Source: a virus. From it: a stretch of 24,170 bases of DNA. The notes beneath the pieces were generated by a model. That model did no database searches. It was not told the origin of the DNA and was given only the letters and a program-made list of their open reading frames with translations. Position numbers and translations under genes: made by a program. Location of the stretch: the IMG/VR virus record IMGVR_UViG_3300002092_000032, positions 1 through 24,170 of that record; one strand, given 5' to 3'. Below, in pieces: positions 1 through 8,689 of this stretch; the stretch's first letter is position 1; each line of letters opens with the position of its first letter.

Positions 1-3000
1 CCAGCAGCAGCTAGGTTGATATTGCCGTTGATTGCGGGAATGTTGACACTTGATGTACCATTCGCATGAGGACCAAGTAAGTTACCGCCGGTGATGTTAC
101 CAGTTACAGATAGAGATGACAGCGTACCAACTGAAGTGATGTTTGGTTGGGCGTTAGTAGTGACAGTACCGGCAGTGGTTGCACTTGTTGCAGTACCGGC
201 GGTTGCAACATTTAAGTTTGCTACCTGAGTAGTTGATGTAACCACAAGAGGAGCAGTGCCGGTTGTTACAGTTGATATCAACTGTCCTGTTACATTAGCA
301 TTCCCTGCTGTTACGTTGCCTGTTACTGCCAGCGAACTTAATGTACCAACTGATGTGATATTAGGTTGTGCTGCTGTTGTTACAGTTCCTGCTGTAGTTG
401 CACTTGTTGCCGCTCCGCTCAATGCACCAACAAACGTTGTTGCTGTAATAGAGGAGTTACCTAAGTTCGCACTGATACCGGTGTTGATTACTGCACTTGA
501 GTTACCATTAGCACTACTTGTAGTGAATGTCGGGTAAACTGTGGTTGCAGTGCTTGTGTTCTGTAGTAATGCACTAGCATTCGTTGCTGCTGTAGCACTT
601 GCTACTGCACCTGAAACGTTAGCACCTTGAATATTTGCAAGAGTATTTGCATTAAGACCAGCAGTAAATGTTGAATTCCAAGTACCGACAGTAATGGTGC
701 CAACATTTGATATCGCATTTGTGACTGCTGTGGGTAATGTTCCAGTCACGTTTGCAGCTTGTAGTGAAGACAAGCCATTACCATTACCGGTAATCAGTCC
801 GTTGTTTAAAGTGATCGTGCCATTGCCAAACACCGCATTGGCAGTTGCATTACCTACGGTGAGTCCGGTCAACGTACCGACAGATGTAATTTGCGTCTGA
901 CTTGCATTAACACTAAATGTTGTTCCGGTGAGTGTTAAACCAGTACCTGCTGAATATGTACCGGCACCAGAGAACTGAGTCCAAAGTATCTGGGTTGTTC
1001 CTACAGTGATTGGATTATTTGTTATACATACCCAGCCAGTGTCAGCATTGTTAGTTCCAGTTTCAACGAACGTAAATGCACCTGCCATCTCAGTGCCTGC
1101 ATCAAAGTCAGTAGAACGAGTCAATACCCAAGCGACAGATGCGGTACCAACCGTTGTTACAGTGTAGATACCGTTGAATGCAGCAGACTGGGTTGTATTG
1201 TTTACAAACGCGCCGACTTCATTCTTAATAAGAACACGATCACCGACTGTTGGAGTGGAGCCATCAATACTAAGTGCAGCAGTTGTACCGCTATTAGTTA
1301 ATGTTGCACCAACACCACTTGTTCCGTTATTGTAAGTATATCCGGTACCACCATTACCAAACAATGTTGTTGTTGAAGCATACACTACTGATACTTTAGG
1401 ATCAAGTCCTTGAGCAACAGTATCAACGTAGTTCTTTGTGGCAGCATCAGCAGATGCAACCGGTTCCGCAAGACTTGTGATGTTCTTGGTGCCCATGTTA
1501 ATGTTACCACTAAGTGTCAGGCCAGTTAGTGTGCCGACTGATGTGACATTTGGCTGTGCCGCAGTAGTCAATGTTCCGGTTACTAGTGTTCCGCTAAGAT
1601 TACCGGCAGTAATGTTGCCAGTGCCAGTGATGACCCCGGTACCGAAACCTAAGTTACCTACGTTAGCGTTACCAGTAGTAGTGATAGCATTTGCGCCGGC
1701 AGCGATGATACCGATAATGTTACCACCCGAGATGTTAGCAGTTGTCGTGATATTACCTGTGCCGGTGACGACCCCTGATCCGAAGCCCAAGTTACCAACG
1801 TTAGCATTACCAGTTGTTGTGATTGTATTGCTTCCAGCAGCGATGATACCGATAATGTTACCACCCGAGATGTTACCGGTTGTCGTGATGTTCCCGGTAC
1901 CAGTATTCAACGTACCTGTGATGTTAGCACCAGTACCGGTGATCACGAGTGTCGTATTACCAGCAGCAGCTAGATTGATATTGCCGTTGATTGCGGGAAT
2001 GTTCACACTTGATGTACCATTTGCTAATGGTCCGACATGTGTTCCGATAATATTACCAGTAGTAATGTTGCCAGTGCCAGTGATGACCCCGGTACCGAAA
2101 CCTAAGTTACCTACGTTAGCGTTACCAGTTGTTGTGATTGTATTGCTTCCAGCAGCGATGATACCGACAATGTTACCACCCGAGATGTTACCAGTAGTAG
2201 TGATAGCATTTGCGCCGGCGGCGATGATACCGATAATGTTACCACCCGAGATGTTACCAGTTACAGATAGAGATGACAGTGTACCAACTGAAGTGATGTT
2301 TGGTTGGGCATTAGTAGTGACAGTTCCGGCCGTAGTTGCACTGACTGCTGTGCCGCTTACGTTGCTTACTAACTGAACCCATGCAGTGTTTCCGTTATCA
2401 TGGGCCCTAAAGAATATAGCATTTCCAGAAGTCCCTAATAAGTCAAATCCCCTAATAGTAGTATCGCCGGCGCCCATGCCGAACCAATAACCAAGTCCTG
2501 TAGCGCCTGTAGGTATGTTAGTACTGTTTGCAAAGTTTACGAATCGTGATTCATACAAACTTGGATATGTATTCATATCATAACCGAGGTATGTTCTTCC
2601 ACCTTGCTGATTTGCATATACGACAGCAGTACCAGGAGTTATTGTTATTGAGTTTGCGGTGACTAGGTTAACATTGCTTGCGATGAAGTTATTTGATGTA
2701 GTATTACCGGTTACAGATAGAGACGACAGCGTACCAACTGAAGTGATGTTTGGTTGGGCGTTAGTAGTGACAGTACCGGCAGTAGTCGCAGCACCGCTTA
2801 GTGCACCAACGAAAGTTGTAGCAGTGATAGAGGCGTTGCCTAAGTTAGCATTAATGCTAGTGTTGATAACAGCACTTGAGTTGCCATTAGCACTTGAAGT
2901 AGTAAACGTTGGGTAGACAGTCGTTGACGTTGATGTGTTTTGTAGTAGAGCCGACGCATTAGTCGCTGCTGTTGCACTTGATACTGTACCGGTAACGTTA

Positions 3001-3854
3001 GCACCTGTAATTGATGACAGAGCAGAACCATTACCTGTAAAATAGTTGGCAGTTACGTTTCCTGATATTGTAACAAGGTTTGATGTTTTATTAAAAGTAA
3101 ATGCCGCACTGCCATTAGCATTACCTGAATCATTAAATATTACCTGAGTGTTGGATCCACCAGACGGTCCGGCAGGCCCTGTTTGGCCACCACCAGAGGT
3201 TACCGCAGCATAACCAGATACTGAGCTATCAAATGTGATAGTTAGTGCAGTAGTATTGTTGAAGGTGATGGTAGGATAATTATATCTACCTGTATAGCTA
3301 TTGCCAGTAGAATCAATTACTTGAACGTTAACATACTGAACACCTAGATTGTGAGTTACGACCCATGTTGTTGCCGGAGTAGACTGAGTAAAAACATATG
3401 CACCGGATATTATCGTGTTTATGTTTGGATATGGTAGACTCCCGACATCTACCCACTGACTAGTCGTACCGTCATTTAGATATTCAAACAGTATACCATT
3501 GTATGTGTTATACCATTGGTCTCCTGCTTGCGGATTGGTTGGAGCAGTGTTTGATTGATATACCATACCCATTAGATCGTATGATCCACGGTATGCATTG
3601 TTATTAGTGAAAGTTATAACATTAGGAGTACCGGCAACACTTACTTGAATGTTGCCGCTTGATACAGGAATACTGACGTTTGAAGTGCCATTTGCATGAA
3701 CCCCGATTAAGTTACCACCAGTAATATTACCGGTACCAGTGATCTGGCCGGTGCCGAATCCGAGATTACCAACGTTAGCATTACCACTGGATGCTGTTAT
3801 ACTGGCATTTCCAACGGTAATACCGTTTTTTACTACAAAGTTCGTTGTCGTCAC
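1..3854 (-). CDS. Long Gly/Asn/Thr-rich tail-fibre-like virion protein, 3'-truncated by the window edge (>1280 aa); absent from the supplied ORF track
   Basis: GTG at 3852-3854 gives MTTTNFVVKNGITVG, matching the neighbour's MATQNFVVKNGLTVG. The same frame reads sensibly at about 1962 and at position 3 (INGNINLAAAG). It carries AQPNITSVGTL and GNIIGIIAAG repeats, a TWVVTHNLG module and a DAATKNYVD...DRVLIKN...NGIY...LTRSTD...TYSAGTGLTL domain. The frame was spot-checked by eye, not computed. Confidence 0.85.
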   Translation of the reverse strand, partial: MTTTNFVVKNGITVGNASITASSGNANVGNLGFGTGQITGTGNITGGNLIGVHANGTSNVSIPVSSGNIQVSVAGTPNVITFTNNNAYRGSYDLMGMVYQSNTAPTNPQAGDQWYNTYNGILFEYLNDGTTSQWVDVGSLPYPNINTIISGAYVFTQSTPATTWVVTHNLGVQYVNVQVIDSTGNSYTGRYNYPTITFNNTTALTITFDSSVSGYAAVTSGGGQTGPAGPSGGSNTQVIFNDSGNANGSAAFTFNKTSNLVTISGNVTANYFTGNGSALSSITGANVTGTVSSATAATNASALLQNTSTSTTVYPTFTTSSANGNSSAVINTSINANLGNASITATTFVGALSGAATTAGTVTTNAQPNITSVGTLSSLSVTGNTTSNNFIASNVNLVTANSITITPGTAVVYANQQGGRTYLGYDMNTYPSLYESRFVNFANSTNIPTGATGLGYWFGMGAGDTTIRGFDLLGTSGNAIFFRAHDNGNTAWVQLVSNVSGTAVSATTAGTVTTNAQPNITSVGTLSSLSVTGNISGGNIIGIIAAGANAITTTGNISGGNIVGIIAAGSNTITTTGNANVGNLGFGTGVITGTGNITTGNIIGTHVGPLANGTSSVNIPAINGNINLAAAGNTTLVITGTGANITGTLNTGTGNITTTGNISGGNIIGIIAAGSNTITTTGNANVGNLGFGSGVVTGTGNITTTANISGGNIIGIIAAGANAITTTGNANVGNLGFGTGVITGTGNITAGNLSGTLVTGTLTTAAQPNVTSVGTLTGLTLSGNINMGTKNITSLAEPVASADAATKNYVDTVAQGLDPKVSVVYASTTTLFGNGGTGYTYNNGTSGVGATLTNSGTTAALSIDGSTPTVGDRVLIKNEVGAFVNNTTQSAAFNGIYTVTTVGTASVAWVLTRSTDFDAGTEMAGAFTFVETGTNNADTGWVCITNNPITVGTTQILWTQFSGAGTYSAGTGLTLTGTTFSVNASQTQITSVGTLTGLTVGNATANAVFGNGTITLNNGLITGNGNGLSSLQAANVTGTLPTAVTNAISNVGTITVGTWNSTFTAGLNANTLANIQGANVSGAVASATAATNASALLQNTSTATTVYPTFTTSSANGNSSAVINTGISANLGNSSITATTFVGALSGAATSATTAGTVTTAAQPNITSVGTLSSLAVTGNVTAGNANVTGQLISTVTTGTAPLVVTSTTQVANLNVATAGTATSATTAGTVTTNAQPNITSVGTLSSLSVTGNITGGNLLGPHANGTSSVNIPAINGNINLAAA

Positions 3855-3896
3855 AGTTCCATTATCCCTGTTTAACTCATGTTATTATATATTATG

Positions 3897-6800
3897 TTAT
3901 GGTTTCAAGTACATCGGAATCACATTAACTTGGGCAGTTGCACCAAATGTCGTATTTGCCGCTGCATACAATGAAACTGTACCTGCATTGATGTTAGCTG
4001 TAATATCAATGACATCAGCATTAGGAGACGCATTAGATACAAGGCTAGCATATATTGTTATATATGCCGTTACGGTGTCTTGTACTAATAATACTTCAGA
4101 CGCTTGCCAACCTGTGTTTGCACCAGTTGCCTTTGCCATGATAACATACTTAGATACACTGAACAACGATGATGCGAACGAATCAATGAGAGTTGCAGTT
4201 GATGTTACCGAGACGTTTCCACGACTTGATACCACACCATTAGCTAATGATGAATAGTTTGAATTAACATTTGCAGCAGCTACGTTACCGAATGTACCAT
4301 TACCTGTAGAGTTGATGATAGTAGCACCGACGATGTTACCGGCTACTAAGTTACCTGTAGTTGTGATGTTACCAGTTGAGTTAACAATTGTAGCACCAAC
4401 GATGTTACCAGCAGTCAAGTTACCAGTAGTAGTGATAGCACCCGTAGAGTTAACAATTGTAGCACCAACGATGTTACCTACTGATAGGTTACCTGTAGTT
4501 GTAATATTAGCAGTCGTATTGACGAGGGTAGCACCAACGATGTTACCGCTTACAAGATTGCCAACTGCGAGGTTAGCAGTTGTTGTGATGTTACCAGACG
4601 AGTTGATGATAGTAGCACCAACGATGTTACCACTGACGATGTTTCCAGTAGTCGTGATATTACCAGTTGAGTTAACAATTGTAGCACCAACGATGTTACC
4701 ACCGACGATGTTTCCAGTAGTCGTGATGTTACCAGTTGAGTTAACAATTGTAGCACCAACGATGTTACCTGCTGATAGGTTACCAGTTGTTGTGATGTTG
4801 CCGCTACCAGTATTCAATGTACCAGCGATATTAGCACCAGTAGAAGTCACAATGAGTACGTTAGAAGTACCACCGACTGAGGTAGTTACATTTCCACCTG
4901 ATGCGTTGATGTTGACGTTTGATGTACCGTTTGCGATACCAGATACCTGAGAAGCAGTAATACCAGTCAACTGTGAACCGTTACCAATAAAGAAGCCAGC
5001 AGTGACGTTACCAGAACCAGTTAGCTGTCCTGTACCGAAGCCTAGATTACCAACGTTAGCATTACCAGTTGTTGTGATTGTGTTAGAACCAGCAGCGATA
5101 ATACCGATGATATTACCACCTGAGATGTTACCAGTAGTTGTGATTGTGTTAGAGCCAGCTGCGATGATACCGATGATATTGCCACCAGTGATGTTACCAG
5201 AACCAGTTAGCTGTCCTGTACCGAAGCCTAGATTACCAACGTTAGCATTACCAGTTGTTGTGATTGCATTGCTTCCAGCTGCGATGATACCGATGATATT
5301 ACCACCAGTGATGTTACCAGTAGTAGTGATTGCATTGCTTCCAGCTGCGATGATACCGATGATATTACCACCAGTGATGTTACCAGAACCAGTTAGCTGT
5401 CCTGTACCGAAGCCTAAGTTACCAACGTTAGCGTTACCAGTCACGCTTAGTGTGCCGAGAGTACCAACGCTTGTCAAGCTTGAAGTGACAACTGTTGACT
5501 TGAGGACAGTACCTGACAAGTTAGCAGCATTAGCTTGAATCACTGCGTTTGCTGCTGCTGTCAACTGGCCCTGAGAGTTAACAGTGAAGGTTGCAACACT
5601 ATCACCATTACCATAAGAACCAGCAGCCACTGCTGTGCTAGTGATACTAAACTGAGTACCAGATAGTGTTAAGCCTGTTCCAGCAGTATATGATTGAATA
5701 CTGCTGAACTGTGCGAATTGGATGTTGCTAGTACCAAAAGTGATCGTTCCTGATGGTGCACTAACAAGCCAAGAAGTGTTAATATTAGTCGCACCCTGAC
5801 TGACGAAGAAGTAGTCATTGATACTCAGTGCGTTAGCACTATCTGAACCGTATTCGTCAGCGTCTGTTGAACGAGTGATTGCTGCGGCATTAGTGTATGT
5901 GTAAACACCGTTCCAAGCACCATTTGATTCATTCTTGACGAGAATACGAGTACCCACTGTCTGAACGTTAGCGGTATCAATCAAGCTGAATGTACCAGTA
6001 GTGCTGATGTATGCCCCAATACCGTTAGATGTGCCATTAGGTGAAACATATGCAGTAGTACCGCCTGTTGCTACAGCAAGAGTAGTTGTTGTTGCTGCAT
6101 TAACAGCAACGTGGAACGAAATACCTGTTGTTGCGATATTATCTACATACGATTTAGTAGCAGCGTCCTGTGCGTTAACCGGATCAAGAACACTAACGAT
6201 ATTTTTGCTGTTCATGTTCAAGTTACCATTAATGGAACTTACGCCAGTGCCAGTTACGTTTAGAACGCCGCCTGTGACTAAGTTGCCACCAGTAACGTTA
6301 CCAGTAGCGACAAGCAAGCCGCCTGTGCCTAAGTTACCTACGTTAGCATTACCAGTAGTAGTGATTGTGTTAGAGCCAGCTGCGATGATACCGATTATGT
6401 TACCAGCAGTAATATTACCTGAACCGGTGAGTTGGCCAGTGCCGAAGCCTAAGTTACCTACGTTAGCATTACCAGTTGTTGTGATTGTATTGCTTCCAGC
6501 AGCGATAATACCGATGATATTACCACCTGAGATGTTAGCAGTAGTCGTGATATTACCAGTACCAGTGACGACCCCTGATCCGAAGCCCAAGTTACCAACA
6601 TTAGCATTACCAGTTGTTGTGATCGTGTTAGAACCAGCAGCGATAATACCGATGATATTACCACCTGAGATGTTACCAGTAGTAGTGATTGCATTGCTTC
6701 CAGCTGCGATGATACCGATTATGTTACCAGCAGTGATATTACCAGAACCAGTTAGCTGTCCTGTACCGAAGCCCAAGTTACCAACGTTAGCATTACCAGT

Positions 6801-7937
6801 AGTTGTGATTGTGTTAGAACCAGCAGCGATAATACCGATGATGTTGCCACCAGTGATGTTACCAGTAGTTGTGATTGTGTTAGAACCAGCAGCAATAGTA
6901 CCAATTACGTTGCCGGCAGTGACGTTACCTGTGCCAGTGATGACCCCTGCACCAAAGCCGAGATTACCAACGTTAGCATTTGCACTTACGGTGATTGCAG
7001 TGATATTTGCATTTGTAGCACCAATATTACCAACGTTAGCATTACCCGTGCCAGTGTTCAACGTGCCTGCTACATTGACCCCGGTGCCAGTTACGATGAG
7101 AACATTTGAAGTGCCGCCGACTGAGGTAGTTACATTTCCGCCCGATGTGTTGATGTTGACGTTTGACGTACCATTTGCGATACCAGATACCTGAGAAGCA
7201 GTAATACCAGTCAACTGCGAACCGTTACCAATGAAGAAACCGGCAGTGACGTTACCTGTACCAGTTAGCTGTCCTGATCCGAAGCCCAAGTTACCAACGT
7301 TAGCATTACCAGTTGTTGTGATCGTGTTAGAACCAGCTGCGATAATACCGATGATATTACCACCAGTGATGTTACCAGTTGTTGTGATCGTGTTAGAACC
7401 AGCAGCGACAGCACCGATGAAATTGCCAGCAGTGACGTTACCGGTGCCAGTGATGACCCCAGTACCGAAGCCCAAATTACCTACGTTAGCATTACCAGTA
7501 GTAGTGATCGTATTAGAACCAGCAGCAACAATGCCGATTATGTTACCTGCTGAGAGGTTACCAGTAGTTGTAATATTGCCCGTACCAGTATTGAGTGTAC
7601 CTGCTACGTTGACACCAGTAGCAGTTATGACAACAACGTTAGAAGTGCCACCGACTGAGGCTGTTACGTTGCCGCCCGATGCGTTGATGTTGACATTTGA
7701 TGTACCGTTTGCAAGAGTGGACCCAACTGCGGGTGCTGACCACTGTAGCGTATTACCGGTATTCCACGTAAGAACTTGACCAGATGAACCACCTGTGATA
7801 GTTACGTTAGCAGCAGGTCCCAAGTTAGCATTTCCTGATAAGGATAATGCGCCGAAGTTAGCTGCACCATTTGATGCTAATATATTTGCGGTACCTACTG
7901 TAAGACCGTTTTTTACTACGAAATTTTGTGTTGCCAT
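3897..7937 (-). CDS. Long fibre-like virion protein (1346 aa) with low-complexity repeats and a C-terminal beta-rich domain
   Basis: N-terminal FVVKNG motif; many GNIIGIIAAGSNTITTTGN repeats; central DAATKSYVD...RILVKN...NGVY...TRSTD...YTAGTGLTL domain; C-terminal IDSF...SKYVI...QASEVLLVQD domain shared with neighbouring genes; AAGGGA upstream. Confidence 0.85.
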   Translation of the reverse strand: MATQNFVVKNGLTVGTANILASNGAANFGALSLSGNANLGPAANVTITGGSSGQVLTWNTGNTLQWSAPAVGSTLANGTSNVNINASGGNVTASVGGTSNVVVITATGVNVAGTLNTGTGNITTTGNLSAGNIIGIVAAGSNTITTTGNANVGNLGFGTGVITGTGNVTAGNFIGAVAAGSNTITTTGNITGGNIIGIIAAGSNTITTTGNANVGNLGFGSGQLTGTGNVTAGFFIGNGSQLTGITASQVSGIANGTSNVNINTSGGNVTTSVGGTSNVLIVTGTGVNVAGTLNTGTGNANVGNIGATNANITAITVSANANVGNLGFGAGVITGTGNVTAGNVIGTIAAGSNTITTTGNITGGNIIGIIAAGSNTITTTGNANVGNLGFGTGQLTGSGNITAGNIIGIIAAGSNAITTTGNISGGNIIGIIAAGSNTITTTGNANVGNLGFGSGVVTGTGNITTTANISGGNIIGIIAAGSNTITTTGNANVGNLGFGTGQLTGSGNITAGNIIGIIAAGSNTITTTGNANVGNLGTGGLLVATGNVTGGNLVTGGVLNVTGTGVSSINGNLNMNSKNIVSVLDPVNAQDAATKSYVDNIATTGISFHVAVNAATTTTLAVATGGTTAYVSPNGTSNGIGAYISTTGTFSLIDTANVQTVGTRILVKNESNGAWNGVYTYTNAAAITRSTDADEYGSDSANALSINDYFFVSQGATNINTSWLVSAPSGTITFGTSNIQFAQFSSIQSYTAGTGLTLSGTQFSITSTAVAAGSYGNGDSVATFTVNSQGQLTAAANAVIQANAANLSGTVLKSTVVTSSLTSVGTLGTLSVTGNANVGNLGFGTGQLTGSGNITGGNIIGIIAAGSNAITTTGNITGGNIIGIIAAGSNAITTTGNANVGNLGFGTGQLTGSGNITGGNIIGIIAAGSNTITTTGNISGGNIIGIIAAGSNTITTTGNANVGNLGFGTGQLTGSGNVTAGFFIGNGSQLTGITASQVSGIANGTSNVNINASGGNVTTSVGGTSNVLIVTSTGANIAGTLNTGSGNITTTGNLSAGNIVGATIVNSTGNITTTGNIVGGNIVGATIVNSTGNITTTGNIVSGNIVGATIINSSGNITTTANLAVGNLVSGNIVGATLVNTTANITTTGNLSVGNIVGATIVNSTGAITTTGNLTAGNIVGATIVNSTGNITTTGNLVAGNIVGATIINSTGNGTFGNVAAANVNSNYSSLANGVVSSRGNVSVTSTATLIDSFASSLFSVSKYVIMAKATGANTGWQASEVLLVQDTVTAYITIYASLVSNASPNADVIDITANINAGTVSLYAAANTTFGATAQVNVIPMYLKP
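4290..4790 (-). repeat. Tandem coding repeat of about 69 nt (23 aa; GNIVGATIVNSTGNITTTGNxxx), about 7 copies
   Basis: Recurrent gagttaacaattgtagcaccaacgatgttacc on the + strand and the repeated peptide in the ORF translation; boundaries approximate. Confidence 0.85.
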
Positions 7938-7949
7938 CTCTTTTTCCCT

Positions 7950-8606
7950 TTAATCAGTGACATATATACTGGTTATATTAATAATTATGTTCGCAGACAA
8001 TGCAGTAGCAGATAATTGTACAGTTCCAGCGGTAACTGAAGATGTCAATATCACTATTTCATTTCCTGATGTTGTTATACTTCCGTAAATTGTTATATTG
8101 CTATTTATACTATCGTGCACCAAAAGCGTCTCTATGCCTTGAAATCCTGAATCTCCGCCCGCTTTTATTACGTACTTTGCTACCCGATAATCTGCTGCTA
8201 AAAATTGATCTATAACTACCGTATTAGATACGGCACCTAAAGATATATTTGCTCGGTTACCTACTACACTCTCACCGATCAATAGATTAGCAGTAACATT
8301 GCCTGAGATGACAAGGTTACTTAATGTACCGACCGAAGTGATATTGGGTTGAGCATTTGTTGTTACTGTGCCGGATGTGCCTGCACTTACTGAATAAGTT
8401 GCGTTTGCCACAGCACCTGTAACGTTTCCACCGTTAATGCTATGTAAGCCATATCCGTTACCGGACATTGTTCCGGAACCAAAATTAGAATTGCCATTTA
8501 CACTAAGATTATTAGCATATACGTTGCCGATTGGGTCTATTATAATGGTGTAGGTGTTGCCTAGTGAATATCCAGATATTGAATTAAACTGTGTTTCGCC
8601 TGACAT
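7950..8606 (-). CDS. Short paralog of the fibre proteins (218 aa), putative structural or adaptor protein
   Basis: N-terminal FNSISGYSLG motif, one AQPNITSVGTL repeat, and a C-terminal IDQF...AKYVI...ETLLVHD domain similar to the end of 3897..7937. Confidence 0.8.
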   Translation of the reverse strand: MSGETQFNSISGYSLGNTYTIIIDPIGNVYANNLSVNGNSNFGSGTMSGNGYGLHSINGGNVTGAVANATYSVSAGTSGTVTTNAQPNITSVGTLSNLVISGNVTANLLIGESVVGNRANISLGAVSNTVVIDQFLAADYRVAKYVIKAGGDSGFQGIETLLVHDSINSNITIYGSITTSGNEIVILTSSVTAGTVQLSATALSANIIINITSIYVTD

Positions 8607-8625
8607 TATAAACTTTCAACTTACT

Positions 8626-8633
8626 TATTTATT
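8626..8633 (-). promoter_or_regulatory. T4-type late promoter-like element (AATAAATA)
   Basis: TAAATA core 20 nt upstream of the ATG at 8606, immediately after a terminator hairpin. Confidence 0.55.
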
Positions 8634-8636
8634 AGG

Positions 8637-8674
8637 ATAAAAATACGGACCAACTTAATGACCCGTATTTTTAT
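8637..8674 (-). terminator. Intrinsic terminator hairpin, possibly bidirectional
   Basis: Perfect 12-bp inverted repeat ataaaaatacgg (8637-8648) / ccgtatttttat (8663-8674), extendable by G-U pairs on the minus strand, just downstream of the stop at 8690. Confidence 0.75.
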
Positions 8675-8689
8675 TATACTATAGAATTA

